Part shown: piece after piece, positions 1-12,774 of the stretch
Layout: every line of letters begins with the position of its first letter
How positions within the stretch are numbered: position 1 is the stretch's first letter
Assembly: GCA_001600815.1 (NCBI GenBank)
Contig: BCKZ01000004.1
Location: 895,566-959,565, forward strand
From: Alloascoidea hylecoeti
Lineage: Eukaryota
Length of the DNA stretch: 64,000 nucleotides
Direction of reading: 5' to 3'
The notes under the pieces: generated by a model
Told to the model about the DNA's origin: nothing
The model's input: the letters and a program-made list of their open reading frames with translations, nothing else
Databases searched by the model: none
Program-made: the position numbers and the translations under genes

Positions 1-325
1 CCTACCACTGAAGCTGCCCCTACCACTGAAGCTACAACTGAGGCTGCTCCTACTTCACAAGCTACAACTGAAGCTGCTCCTACCACTGAAGCTACAACTG
101 AAGCTGCTCCTACTGAGGCTGCTCCTACTACTGAAGCTGCCCCTACTGAGGCTGCTCCTACTACTGAAGCTGCCCCTACTGAAGCTGCTCCTACCACTGA
201 AGCTGCCCCTACTGAAGCTGCTCCTACTTCACAAGCTACTACTTCACAAGCTACTACTGAGGCTGCTCCTACTGAGGCTGCTCCCACTACACAAGCTACT
301 ACTGAGGCTGCTCCTACTACACAAG
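1..325 (+). repeat. Coding minisatellite (15-18 bp units such as cctactactgaagctgc)
   Basis: Repeated actgaagctgctcct / actgaggctgctcct units. Confidence 0.9.
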
Positions 326-492
326 GTACTACAACACAGTCGGCAGAAGGCAGTACACCTGCTACAAGTGTTTTCCCAATCACTACTACTCCATCGGTGA
401 ACCCAACATACACTGGGGGTGCTAATTATCTAAAAATCAGATCTCCATCTATCGGTGGTGCAATATTCATTATTGCTGGTTTATTCATCTAA
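1..492 (+). CDS. 3' end of a Thr/Glu/Ala/Pro-rich GPI-anchored cell-wall protein or adhesin (5' truncated by window)
   Basis: Frame 1 is open from base 1 with (P)TTEAA/PTEAA tandem repeats, ending ...PTYTGGANYLKIRSPSIGGAIFIIAGLFI* (TAA 490-492), a typical GPI omega region plus hydrophobic tail. Confidence 0.85.
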   Translation, partial: PTTEAAPTTEATTEAAPTSQATTEAAPTTEATTEAAPTEAAPTTEAAPTEAAPTTEAAPTEAAPTTEAAPTEAAPTSQATTSQATTEAAPTEAAPTTQATTEAAPTTQGTTTQSAEGSTPATSVFPITTTPSVNPTYTGGANYLKIRSPSIGGAIFIIAGLFI

Positions 493-1882
493 AATGTCTA
501 TTCCAAAGTTTCGTATTCTATTTTAAAGACTTCTTGTGTTCCTTGGATAAATATGCAATATGCATATGACCATTTTTAGCGCTCTCCATGGAACTGGATA
601 TATAATCCAATTTTTCGATTTTATTCTAAACTATTTCTTGTACTCTATGGATATTTTACTTTTCACTATTCATGGATATTTTTCATTCTAATTAATACAT
701 CTAATTATCGATTTTTATATTTCTCATACTTTTAAACTATTATTTCTTCTTCTGTGAAACTTCTTCTTCTATTAAACACAATAACTTTCTACCTTAAAGT
801 TTATTTTTCCTCTATATATAGCCACAGCTAGGTTTGCATAGATATTGATTATTTATTTTTATAAAGAACTTTAATAAATACCAACTTTTTAAATCAGTAG
901 CTGACACTTGTAAGTTGTATTGATGATCATAATTATTATAATGGGCAAATCATACATTATGTAGATTTTACTTTTTGAAAGTCATTCTATGGTACTGATT
1001 TCCAGAGAGTATTTTCGCCTTGAAAAAGTAGTTCATCAATTCTTTAAAATAATTCCCATTTTTCTTATAGGTTTACCAAGATTGTTCCTTCCAACAAAAT
1101 TTTGCCGAAAGCTCTGCTGCCGATATAATTTGATTATTTGGTTAAGCTTGTAATTAGTTTCTAACGAATGATTTTGAACATTATTAACCCGAATCATACC
1201 AGTCGAACCTGCCCTTTCCAAAACTAAACCAACAAACAGTCTTGAAACACACAAAACAAGTAGTATGAATATATTACAACCCTTAAGATTTAAGCCTTTC
1301 TTCTTTAAATTAATATTCACGTGGACACATTAGTCAGATAAAAATTGTGTAAACTTTGCAATTGTTGTGCTGCTGTCCCAACCCCTGATTATGTTTTGGT
1401 AAGTTCAAGGAAAGAAGAGCCACTACATAAAGTTGAATCATATCATTCATTAATAAAACAGCTATCCCTTTTAGCTAGAAGATGAGGAGCGATATTTGGG
1501 TAACTATAGTTGTTTGATTGGGGTTTCACCTGACCTTCCTGAGTTAATTAAAAGAACAATTGCTTAATCCGGTTACAAGTTGTTAGTATTTACAAGTGAT
1601 CTGATATGTCTTATATTATCTGGATACTGGACAGTTACTACTGTGTAGTTAGTTCACTTTCATTACTAAATCATATTTGATTAGTAGGACGACAGCTTCT
1701 TTATGAACAAACAAAAAGTAAATATAACATTATACCATTAAATTTATACTTTCAATTCCTTTTCCAACTCAACCAGTAAAACTAATAATTATAAGCCATA
1801 CAAAAGAATCTAATATATAAGTCATATTGGTTAATAAACAAGAAACAACAACTTATACACTCAATTTAATGAAGAATATCAA

Positions 1883-3520
1883 TTAAGACCAAAGTAACTG
1901 TAAGTATTGCCATCCTTTTAATGGTGGGGGAACAACTGCAGGATATTTCGCAGCATCTTCGAACAATGATTTCAAATCAACTTCGGATGATGGTATGAAT
2001 TTAGATCGTTTAATGATCTTAGCTGCCAAATAGAGAACCGCAAAAATCACCGCAGTGAAGTATGAAGTGAAAAAGATTTGAAAGTTCCAATGTCCATGAA
2101 TGAAAACTCTGAAGCCAGCAGTAATGAAAATGATAAATGAAAATACGCCGGAGATCCAACCTGGCCATGCTCCTAAGTTTCTATAGTTAAACGGAAGATC
2201 AGTTTTAGAATATCCTTGTACCTTCATTGCACGATGTAAAGCAACATGGTTTGCTGAAATCAGCATCCATTGAATCAATAGTTTTGAAGAGGTCATACTT
2301 TGGAACCAATTAAATACATTAGCCGACTTTGAAGAGACTGACATATATGCTAACGGAATAAAAAGAGCTGAGAAGATAACACCAATGTAAGGTAACCCAA
2401 ATCTATTTGTTTTTAGAAAAATCTTAGGAGCCATTCCTTTTGCGGCTAAGGAAAACAAATTTCGAGAACCATCAAGCAATGAAAGATTGGCAGCAGACCA
2501 GGCTGAAGTTAACACAACAGCATTAATAATACTAGGGATCGCCTTAACTCCTGCTCTCTGGAAAGCGATAACGAAGGGGGAAGATGCGGCATTTCCTAAT
2601 CCAGTTGCAATTTTTTTGTCGTTATATGGGACAATGAGAGTCAAAATAAAAACTGTGAGACAGTAGAGAGAAACGGTTCTGTAAATAATTCTTTTAGCTG
2701 CAGTGGGGATTGTATGCCTTGGATTAGCTGTCTCTCCTGCTAGTAAGGCAATTGACTGAACTCCACCATATGAATAAACGGCAGATGTTAACACACTCCA
2801 GAACCCCAAGAACTTCCCGAGATTACCAGGTTTTAAATACTCTGCAAATGGACCGGGATCTCTCCAATAATGGAATCCTAATCTCTCTTGTCCCTTAACA
2901 CCACCTAAATCGATACAAAGACCGCCGATAATGAGTCCAACAATTAAAGAAATTTTGAGTAAAGCAAAAAAAAATTCAAGTTCTCCATAGAATCTGATAC
3001 TAATACAATTACTAAGAACAATTGGTGTGGCAGCAACGGTAATCCAAACAGCAGGGCTAATATCAGTCCAATAAGAAATAATAACTGGAACAGCCGCAAT
3101 CTCTGTTGGCAAGAGACTTGAGTAAATTGTTAAGTAACCATAAGCAGCACCCAATGCAGGGTCCAGAAAATGCTCAGAATGTCTAACCGTGGAACCAGTA
3201 ACTGGCATCAAACTTGCGGTTTCAGCCATACTAATTTGATTGAATGAAACTAAAGCTCCGACAATAATGTAAGATAAGAGGATACCTACTGGACCTGCTT
3301 TTGCAAGAGATCCACCGGAAGATAAAAATAATCCTGTACCAAAGACACCAACTAATGATATCATTTGAACGTGTCTTTGGTTAAGACCCGTCACCAATCT
3401 CTTTCTATCTTCTGAAAAAATGCCGACCTCCTCTTCAGTGTCTAATGAGACTACATCTTGTATTCCAATGTTTTTTTCCTCATCAGTTGAACCGATATAC
3501 CCTACTTTGTTATCACTCAT
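1883..3520 (-). CDS. Amino-acid permease (APC/YAT family), paralog 1
   Basis: 545 aa, ~12 hydrophobic segments, GLNQRHVQMISLVGVFGTGLF, YGELEF, GFHYWRDPGPF and AGET motifs. Confidence 0.93.
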   Translation of the reverse strand: MSDNKVGYIGSTDEEKNIGIQDVVSLDTEEEVGIFSEDRKRLVTGLNQRHVQMISLVGVFGTGLFLSSGGSLAKAGPVGILLSYIIVGALVSFNQISMAETASLMPVTGSTVRHSEHFLDPALGAAYGYLTIYSSLLPTEIAAVPVIISYWTDISPAVWITVAATPIVLSNCISIRFYGELEFFFALLKISLIVGLIIGGLCIDLGGVKGQERLGFHYWRDPGPFAEYLKPGNLGKFLGFWSVLTSAVYSYGGVQSIALLAGETANPRHTIPTAAKRIIYRTVSLYCLTVFILTLIVPYNDKKIATGLGNAASSPFVIAFQRAGVKAIPSIINAVVLTSAWSAANLSLLDGSRNLFSLAAKGMAPKIFLKTNRFGLPYIGVIFSALFIPLAYMSVSSKSANVFNWFQSMTSSKLLIQWMLISANHVALHRAMKVQGYSKTDLPFNYRNLGAWPGWISGVFSFIIFITAGFRVFIHGHWNFQIFFTSYFTAVIFAVLYLAAKIIKRSKFIPSSEVDLKSLFEDAAKYPAVVPPPLKGWQYLQLLWS

Positions 3521-3654
3521 GTTTAGAACTAGTTAACAGAAAGCTTAAACCAACAAATTAATAGACAGATCACCACCTTTTATATTATTTTCGTTATAAA
3601 AGTAAATCAATAAAACAAATCAAAAAGTCTGAAATGTAATATTAAAGTTTTAAT

Positions 3655-3806
3655 CTTATCTAATATTGCGATAAATGGCGACATAATTTATATTTTTAAT
3701 TTTAAAAGCATATCTGTATAAATATATCTTAATTAAATGCGTAAGGCCTAAATTTAACCTTATCAGTCGTGCCAAGATAAGAATATTATTCAACTATTAA
3801 GATAAA
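3655..3806. promoter_or_regulatory. Cluster of GATA sites (nitrogen catabolite repression, Gln3/Gat1 type) upstream of permease 1
   Basis: CTTATC 3655, GATAAA 3670, CTTATC 3759, GATAAG 3776 and GATAAA 3801, 135-290 bp upstream of the ATG. Confidence 0.55.
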
Positions 3807-4469
3807 ACTTAAGTCTCTTCCAGAACAAAACTCATTTACAACTACAATTCCTTCAAATACTATTTTTCATTTCAATATAAAATATTAGTCTTTCTTTTTT
3901 TATAAGAAAAGGCTTAAATTGGGTGCCACAATTGTCATGAAACAAAAATGGAACGCATAAACTTAAGCAGGAAGCAGATTTGAGGTTTCGTAGCATACAA
4001 GGATAGCTATAAAAAATGAATTCTACATTTTTCTTAATCTTTAAAAAGCTTGAGAATCTTATGGAAACAGGAATTGTTTTTATATAACTATAATTTTCTA
4101 GATCCGGTAATAAAAGTACTTTTTTTAAAATTTATAAACTCATATATGAATTAGAATTACTTATGTAGGGTATGTTGAGCTATTCCTTTGGGAAAACTAA
4201 AAAGCAAGACATATGTATATGTATTAACTACATGTATACTTTTCAAAAATTTCTAAATATCCGAAATAAAAATAAAAAATATAATTTTATGTGTTTTTAC
4301 AGATAATCAAGTGGAGAATCAGGTAATAGTTTCTTCAGGGACTACACTGGTGGGCTCTTTGACATTTAAAATGAATTTTATTTCTTCAATCATATCTTCT
4401 ACTAGATGTTCTGTGGACAAAGAGCGATTGCAAAGATTCCCGTTACGCTAGTTAAGTTGCTTTACAAAG

Positions 4470-5600
4470 GCATTTCATATTTGTGTAGTTAAATCACTGA
4501 TAACGTTGAGATCTAATACTTGAGTAAAGTGATTCAACTCCAATACAATTTAAGTCTACCAGTACAAGTTCCATGAGTTTTAGTTGCCTCATCATTTACG
4601 ACCGATATCGCACACTCTGATTAACTGTTCTTTCCATGGGTGGCTTTATCAAATGTTAATCTCGGGCGTGATGTTTTCCTTATCTTTAGATTTGTTGATG
4701 ATAATACTATATAATCGCATCAGATGGGTAGAAACCAGTTGATCTGAAACAAGATTTTTTACAATCTTAATATTCTGGCCCTTTTATATATATAATAAAA
4801 ACCGTTTGGAATCGATGTGATTGAGACCCGGTTAAGTAAAAGTTCTAACTTCCTTCATGTAAATATTTTCTCTATAGAGAGAAGCAATAAACCTCAAGAA
4901 CTTGTGATACCTCCGACCTATATGCTAGGATAATCAACAAGTAGGTCCTATAAAATTGCATTTCTTACAACTACATGTATCTACAAATTCATAAGTTACA
5001 TGAGTAGAATGCCTGACGAAGCTAATTAAGAAGTAATTTTCCTTTTTTGAAGTAAGGCTTCTTCATCCATATGTTCATTAAGTAAGAAGAACTATAACCA
5101 CTATTTGAACACGTAACAAAACATTTATTTCTCTTATCGTCTCTGAGATCTTTAGACCACGAACTCTGGACTTTTTCAGTTTAAAAATGACCATAGAGGT
5201 AACAAAATTACCTATGGGATTGACGGATGCAATGCAAGTGACTGTGTATATTTTCCCATTATGAGAGATCGAGGAATATATGGAAATTCGACTGGAACCA
5301 ACACTTTCCTGGACTTTCCAACATACCCAACAATAAAGCCAGTCTCATCTTCATTGTAAATATTGCATGGCTTGTATTTCTCGTATAGATCTATACTTTT
5401 CACGTCACCATTTGAACCATTTAAAGAATAATTCCATGTTATCCTTGTTCTTTGCAAAGAGTTTATACGAATCGAGGACTTGAGGCAGCTTGAAAACACT
5501 CTTCACGATGGACGATCTACTCAATAAAAGATGACCTATTCATCTCTAGAGCTCACATAATGCTCATTTGTCATTGATACCTGTCTAGACCTTCGTAAAG
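4470..5600 (-). mobile_element. Degenerate pogo/Fot1-type (DDE_1) transposase remnant
   Basis: Minus-strand fragments in the expected order: IYNEDETGF (~5340-5365), frameshifted TVTCIASVNPIGNFVTSMVIFK (~5180-5250), NHFTQVLDLNVISDL (~4490-4535, QPLD-like); stops and frameshifts present; ends not defined. Confidence 0.75.
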
Positions 5601-6235
5601 TTATCTGATCTCAAACATCGATTATCCTTTTCTTGCTTTGAATTAAGGGATTTTTTGGCATGGGTGAATCTGTGATTAAAAGAAAATTAAGTTTCACAAA
5701 CATTTTTGGGAGCTTTGTAATTTTCCATGCAAGAAACGGAAACGAATATCATAAATGCAGGGTAAAAAAGCTTATGCATCTTCTAGGATCTGAAATCTAG
5801 GGTGCCATTACTAATTAACTTTACTGCCGTACCTGTGATTTTTCCCAGCCGTTCCACATCCAAATTGGAATTGACACTAACAAGTTGTAACAACGGATTC
5901 ATTGACATGCCCTAAAGTATCTATGCAAATACATAACGCAACTGAGCATCTCTCAGCGCCAATACACATTATTACTATTGCACAGGCACAGTGATGGATA
6001 AAAAGAAATCATTATATTTAGAAGCAGAATTAATACATTATCATCGGATCTACTAAAATTATAGGCCTATATGCCGTACAGATATAGATATATAGCTATA
6101 TATATTGTCAAATAACTTTTTTTAACATGCACGTAAAGGAATGGAAATAGAAGCGTCAAATCTAGTTATGCTTGAATGACAAATGAAAATTTCAGCCTCG
6201 ATTAAATATTCAACACGAATATATTAATAACACGT

Positions 6236-7909
6236 TTATGACCATAATAAATTAATATACTGCCATTTCTTCATTGGAGGAGGAATGATAGCTGGGTTCT
6301 TTTCAGCATCCTCGAATAATGTTTTCAAATCAACATCAGATGAACGCACAAATTTAGTCTTCTTAAAAATCTTCCAGCCTAAATATAAAACCCCAAATAA
6401 TACAAGAGTGAAATAGGATGAAAAGAATGTTTCAAAATTCCAAAATCCGTGAATAAACACTTTAAATCCAGCAGTAATAAAAATAAGGAATGAAGCGATA
6501 CCTGAAATCCATCCAGGTAAAGGACCCAGTTTATAATTGAAAGGGAGATCCTTCTTACTGTATCCTTGAACTTTTAAAGCTCTGTGTAATGCAACATGGT
6601 TTGCTGCAATCAACATCCACTGAATCAATAGTTTTGAGGATGTCATATTTTGAAACCAATTAAATACATTAGCCGACTTTGAAGAGACTGACATATATGC
6701 TAACGGAATAAAAAAAGCTGAGAAGATAACACCAATGTAAGGTAACCCAAATTTATTTGTTTTTAGAAAAATCTTAGGAGCTAATCCTTTTGCGGCCAAA
6801 GAAAATAGATTTCTGGAGCCTTCAAGCAATGAAAGATTGGCAGCAGACCAGGCTGAAGTTAACACAACAGCATTAATAATACTAGGGACCGCCTTAACTC
6901 CTGCTCTCTGGAAAGCGATAACGAAAGGAGAAGATGCGGCATTTCCTGATCCAGTTGCAATTTTTTTGTCGTTATATGGGACAATGAGAGTCAAAACAAA
7001 AACAGTCAATAGATAAAGTGCGACAACTCTGTATATAACTCTTTTAGCTGCAACAGGAATGTTATATCTTGCGTTGGAAGTTTCTCCTGCTAATAGAGCA
7101 ATTGTTTGAACACCACCAAAAGAATACACAGTTGAAGTCAATACACCCCAGAAACCTAAGAATTTTCCCAACGATCCTGTTTTTATATACTCTGCGAAAG
7201 GACCCGGATCTCTCCAATAATGGAATCCTAATCTCTCTTGCCCTTTGACACCGCCTAAATCAATGCAAAGTCCACCAATAATGAGCCCAATAATCAGAGC
7301 TATTTTAAGTAATGCAAATACAAATTCGATCTCTCCATAAAATCTGACACTAATACAATTACTAACAACAATTGGTACGGCAGCAACCGTGATCCATACT
7401 GCAGGACTAATATCAGACCAATATGAAATAAGAACGGGAACCGCTGTAATTTCTGTAGGAATAATAGAACTATAAACAGATAGATATCCATAAGCAAATC
7501 CGAAAGCAGGATCCAAGAAAAATTCAGAATGTCGAACAGTAGCACCAGTCACAGGCATCAATGCTGCGGTTTCGGCAATACCAATTTGGTTCAGAGAAAC
7601 AATAACGGCAATTATAACAAACGATAAAAGCATACCAACTGGCCCAGCTTTTGCCAACGTACCACCAGAAGATACAAATAAACCAGTACCAAACACACCG
7701 ACCAATGAAATCATTTGAATATGTCGCTGTCCTAGCCCTTTTGATAACCTTACTTTGTCTTCATTGAAAACACTCGTTTCAGTAGTGTCATCAGAAATCG
7801 TCCGTCGAAGTTCGATGCCTACATTCTTTTCTTCATCAGAAATGTCATGATCTGATATCGAATCCTTCGTTCCTAAATTATAGCTTGTTTTATTTGTTTT
7901 GTCCGTCAT
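6236..7909 (-). CDS. Amino-acid permease (APC/YAT family), paralog 2
   Basis: 557 aa, colinear with and highly similar to 1883-3520 (GLGQRHIQMISLVGVFGTGLF, GFHYWRDPGPF). Confidence 0.93.
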   Translation of the reverse strand: MTDKTNKTSYNLGTKDSISDHDISDEEKNVGIELRRTISDDTTETSVFNEDKVRLSKGLGQRHIQMISLVGVFGTGLFVSSGGTLAKAGPVGMLLSFVIIAVIVSLNQIGIAETAALMPVTGATVRHSEFFLDPAFGFAYGYLSVYSSIIPTEITAVPVLISYWSDISPAVWITVAAVPIVVSNCISVRFYGEIEFVFALLKIALIIGLIIGGLCIDLGGVKGQERLGFHYWRDPGPFAEYIKTGSLGKFLGFWGVLTSTVYSFGGVQTIALLAGETSNARYNIPVAAKRVIYRVVALYLLTVFVLTLIVPYNDKKIATGSGNAASSPFVIAFQRAGVKAVPSIINAVVLTSAWSAANLSLLEGSRNLFSLAAKGLAPKIFLKTNKFGLPYIGVIFSAFFIPLAYMSVSSKSANVFNWFQNMTSSKLLIQWMLIAANHVALHRALKVQGYSKKDLPFNYKLGPLPGWISGIASFLIFITAGFKVFIHGFWNFETFFSSYFTLVLFGVLYLGWKIFKKTKFVRSSDVDLKTLFEDAEKNPAIIPPPMKKWQYINLLWS

Positions 7910-8038
7910 TTAAATTGAAACTCTAGTTAAAAGAAACCAAAGAACTTTTATAAGGAGATTATATATGAATAAGAAATCCATTTTATATATATTTATGGTG
8001 AATATATTTATGGTGAATGGCAAAAAATATTTATAATC

Positions 8039-8108
8039 GAAATGCAAGAAATGCAAGAAATGCAAGAAGTGCAAGAAGTGCAAGAAGTGCAAGAAGTGCA
8101 AGAAATGC
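8039..8108. repeat. 9-bp tandem repeat (GAARTGCAA)x~7.5 in the promoter of permease 2
   Basis: gaaatgcaa x3, gaagtgcaa x4, gaaatgc. Confidence 0.9.
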
Positions 8109-10365
8109 TCATAATTTTTAGCTGATATTTCTTTACTTTTTTCCATGCATTATGTGCTTAAATCTGTGTTATTTTTCTATTAAAGCTTGTGTAATGAAAT
8201 TCGATTCGTTTTTAATGATATCGATGTAAGTATGTAATACTCAAAGCTACATATCTAAGCATTTTAGATATTAGATATCACAGTAGTTTAAGAAGTATGT
8301 TTTAATCACGATTATTAGGTATTCAACTGATACTGTATATCCTCTTTGGTAATATTAATGATTAAACTAAGAGGAGGACTATTAAGTTACCTATAACATA
8401 ATTATAAAGGTGCATGGATATTTAATCATAAATTGCGATTGCGCCATACTCTTTAAATTTGACCATATACCAAATGATTTTATAATAAAAATATAATGCA
8501 GAATATCTCTAATTCTTTCACATGGCATATTAACTAACAGTAGATATAAAGTTAAAATTTCCGGTTATCTGCTATAATATGATAATTATAATTATATGGT
8601 ACACTAGGGAAAGTTGAAACCCCATATCATGTCTCAGTTGCAAAAACTTTATTACAATAGGTTCGTCTTAGACTCGTCTATAGACTCTATACTGATCTAT
8701 TAAGTTCATAGAATTAGCAAAATCTGAAGTCAGAGTTGAATAAAAGTATACACAAGTGCATAAGTATCTTATTATTTCTTAAACTTCGCGATCTGCTTTA
8801 ATTGCGGTAGTATTCACTCCTTGTTCATGATATTTTTTTTCTCTTGAATCCTTTACCGGTATAGTTATTATACAGATCGATATCAAAATCCAATGATCTA
8901 ATCTCGGTCGTGTCCATATATATTATGTATATCAAATTATCATTATATCGGTTATAGCACTATTAATAACATATTTAAAAAATCCTCCGCCATGTTTTAT
9001 CAAATTAACATTCGAATATCTAATCCATATGTCACTTTCAATTATATGTCCGAATGTGGAATGAAAAATTAGCACATCATCTGCGTTTTTTTCGTGATAT
9101 CATCACTGATAACGTAATGTTCAATATTTAAACGTTGCAATTGTCATCTATATATAAGATTTATTAAGATGCATATATGCAGGTTTAATAAAGGAAATAG
9201 AAATTATTAAAATTAGAATGATTTTGTAACATGTAGGGCCTACGTATACATGTATATCGTTATCATAATATAGGCTTATATGTTATAGGCCTATACTTAT
9301 ATGTTATTAATATCGATAATTATAAAACTTATATATAAATTTATAGATTGGCTCCGAAGTAAGAAAGTGTCTCGTTTAGTCATACATGCAATTAATTATT
9401 CAATGATTTCTTGATTAAAAAATATTGATATCTGATATTGATATTTGTAAGACTTACATGTGCGGGCGAGAATACGAATCGTATTCCCGACCGGGTATGG
9501 CAACGTTGAAACAAACTAACAAGTTCATTAACGTGAAAATCTAGAGAACTTAATTATAGGGAATCCAATAACATTTTCAATATAGTTCAAGCTGTCTTAA
9601 ACCTATACTTTTGTTTTGGTGACTTTCAGTTCCTTTCAATTTAAGATTAGAGATTCTACACCAGTACCGTTAATTATAACGTAACATTAACAGCTATTGA
9701 TCCTTTCTGGAGCTCGGACATCGCTTAAGTACTGCAACTAGTGCCAATACAAAATGAAATAAAATCGTTTAACAACATCAACATTACTTCCTACTAAAAA
9801 ATCAAAATAGAATCGTCATTTATGAGTCTAAAGTCTCTAATTAATAAGTAGTAATTTGGTGATCTAGAAAGCTGGCTATAGCTATTCGTGTAACCTGAGA
9901 AGTAAAATTCGCGAGAACTATGTATAGCATTCGTTTTATTTTTTAACAATTCAATTTTGTGAATAATTTAGTTCATTTATCATAGAAGATTAATATTCGT
10001 GATTGCTTAATTTTCTTAAGCTTCCAGGGAATTGATAGGGATCCTTAATTACACCAGATCTTAATATCATCTTATACGTATCTTATTCACTGATTAGGAT
10101 AAAATGTGAGCATGATACCTCCTTGTAACGTTTAAAATACTTCCTAACGTCCAAACTTCTCAACAAGCAAAAACAGGGTGGTTGATCAACAAATGAGTGT
10201 ATAATTGGGGTCCTGTTTATGGTGCCTATAGTTCACGTTTGAGGTTATGATGTAACACTCATGCTTTAATCATATAGCAATAGGAAAATGCAGAAGATAT
10301 TATTTTTCATCAATCCATTCTAAAGTATAGAAAAAATCAATTTATAATTATACTAATACTATTAA

Positions 10366-11422
10366 TTAAAACTTGAAGACTTGATTCTTGGTATAGCCTA
10401 GGTCCTTTAAAGCACCAGAAAGTTCACCTTGATCGGAGGGACTAGCTTTTTCTCCCGAGAAGGCCTTACAAAACCCAGGTGGTCCACAGACAAAAGCCTT
10501 AATATTATCAGAAGAGGACTTTGGAATTGTTTTAGCCAAAAAGTCTTTAGTAATTATACCTGTGTTACCTGACCAATCAGAAGTCGGTTTGTCAACAAAA
10601 TAATGAACTTTAAACTGATCTGGAAATTTTGAAGTTAGTACATCTAGTTGTTTCTTCAAAATAATATCATTAGGTGATAGGTTTCCATAAATAAGAGTAA
10701 CCTTGGTTTTATCGGCTGGATTTTTAGTAATTTCTTGAACCAATTGGTATAGTGGAGTAATTCCCGTACCGGCTCCTAATAATGCAATTTCCTTATGTTT
10801 ATTAGCTTCCCATTTATATTTCAAAATTGGACCTTTGACAGCCAGCTTATCACCTTTCTTTAGATCGAAGATATGAGTTGACATGGCACCCCCATCGTAT
10901 TTCTTTATTATGAAATTTAAACTTCCCTTACTGTCTGGGTCGGATACTGGTGTATATGGCCTTATCACTGGTTTTCCATTTGAGCCAATGAATTTTGTTA
11001 AAACACACGAAGCTACTTCAAGACCTGCAGTTTGGTCTTGCGATGGAAATTCAAATGTAAAGAGTTTCGACTGTTATTTATTTTGTTAGATAAATCAGAG
11101 TTTCTTTTTTCATGATTAATTGATATTTTAACTAATAAGTTAGTAAATTTGATGCTACATACATTATGAGTAACGTCTTCAATTTTAGCGAGCTATAAAT
11201 TCAAGCGGTTAATAAATGTTATGAAATTAATAATTATAATTAACAAATTAGATCGATATCGATGCTTACTTTTAAATCAACAAATTCTCCTTGAAAAACA
11301 GGTGATAGTGCAGCTGCAGGACGACGATACTGGTGATAAATTACAGCCGAAGCAAAACCAGCACCAATTGCAATTGGAATAAGTCTTTTTTGTGCTAATC
11401 CTAAAATTTCTCTACTTGCCAT
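10366..11422 (-). CDS. MCR1: NADH-cytochrome b5 reductase, Mcr1 type with N-terminal anchor; 3 exons (11422-11270, 11192-11163, 11070-10366)
   Basis: RPYTPVS, GTGITP, CGPPGF and C-terminal QVFKF motifs; GTAAGC..TAG and GTATGT..CAG introns join the exons in frame; hydrophobic IPIAIGAGFASAVIY segment. Confidence 0.88.
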
Positions 11423-11817
11423 TGTTGGGTATAATTGTAATAATCAGAAGAGCAAGAAGGTTTATGGCTTTTATATATAATTATAAGCTTGCTTATGCGG
11501 AAGGATATTATGAATGAGTAAGCGTGCATATGGGTATAATTAATTACGTAGTATACACTCATTCCACTTAAGTTAGGCCATATGGTGGACCAAATGTTCG
11601 GTCATCTTTTGATGAATATCGCATCCACAAGTATTAAAGAGATTCTTAACTATATATTAGGGTTTGAATTAATAATAATTAGATAAGAAAAGAATGTAAA
11701 ATGGGTACGCGTGAGGAAGTGAAGTCCTATATCAATACATAATGTATACGTATATTAAATCTATGTTTCTATAAAATATTCTAGTCTCATGTCTAGTTCT
11801 ATGACCACGATGAGGGC

Positions 11818-12774
11818 TCAAAACTTGAAAACTTGGTCTTTAGTGTAACCCAGTTCCTTCAAAGTACCAGTAAGTTCACCCTGATCAGTTGGACTAATCT
11901 TAGGTCCTGAAAGAGCCTTGTAAAATCCGGGTGGACCGCATACAAATACTTTAACGTTTTCTGCAGATGGCAAAGGTATGTTTTGTTCCAAGAAGTCTTT
12001 TGAAATATAACCTGTATTTCCTTTCCAAGTTTCATCTGGTTTATCAACAAAAAAATGAACTTTGAATTGATCGGCATGATTCTCTGCCAATGCCTCCAAT
12101 TCTTTCTTAAGAATAATACCATCTGGAGTTAAATTTCCATAGATTAAAGTGATCTTAGTCTTATCTTCGGGATTAGCAATGATTGTATGAATCAGTTGAT
12201 AAAGAGGAGTAATACCAGTACCGCCTCCTAGCAATGTAATTTCATTATGTTTATTAGCCTCCCATTTATATTTCAGGATTGGTCCCTTAATAGATAATGA
12301 TTCTCCAACTTTTAAGTCAAAAATGTGAGACGAGACAACTCCTCCTTCATACTTTTTAATGATGAATTCAAGCTTTCCTTTGGTAGCAGTGTCAGAAACA
12401 GGTGTATATGGTTTGGCTGCAATTTCACCGTTGGGTTTGGTGAATCTTACAAACAGTGCTGATGCAACGTGAAGGCCTGATGTTTGTTCAGGTGATGGAA
12501 AATCAAAGGTAAAGTGTTTGACCTAAATACCAGAAGTTAGTTTCAGTTCAAGAATTGACATTATCGTATATCTACATCTACTTACATTATGTGAAAGTGA
12601 TTCAATTTTAGATAGCTAGTAATAGTTAGTACAACCAATAGCAATATTAATACCAATGTTCCTAGAATATCTAAGAAAACATACCTTTAAGTCCACAAAG
12701 TCTCCCTTAAAAACAGGCTCAATCGATGGTGATGCAGTCGACATTGCTCTTAAAAAATGTTTTAGTCTGTTCAT
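11818..12774 (-). CDS. MCR1: Second MCR1-like NADH-cytochrome b5 reductase lacking the TM anchor; 3 exons (12774-12685, 12615-12586, 12522-11818)
   Basis: MNRLKHFLRAMSTASPSIEPVFKGDFVDLK|LSKIESLSHN|VKHFTFDFP...KPYTPVS...GGGTGITP...CGPPGF...QVFKF; same intron positions as the neighbouring paralog. Confidence 0.85.

Noticed and set aside
7910..8146. ORF with HFL repeats
   Set aside because: Artefact of the 9-bp promoter repeat
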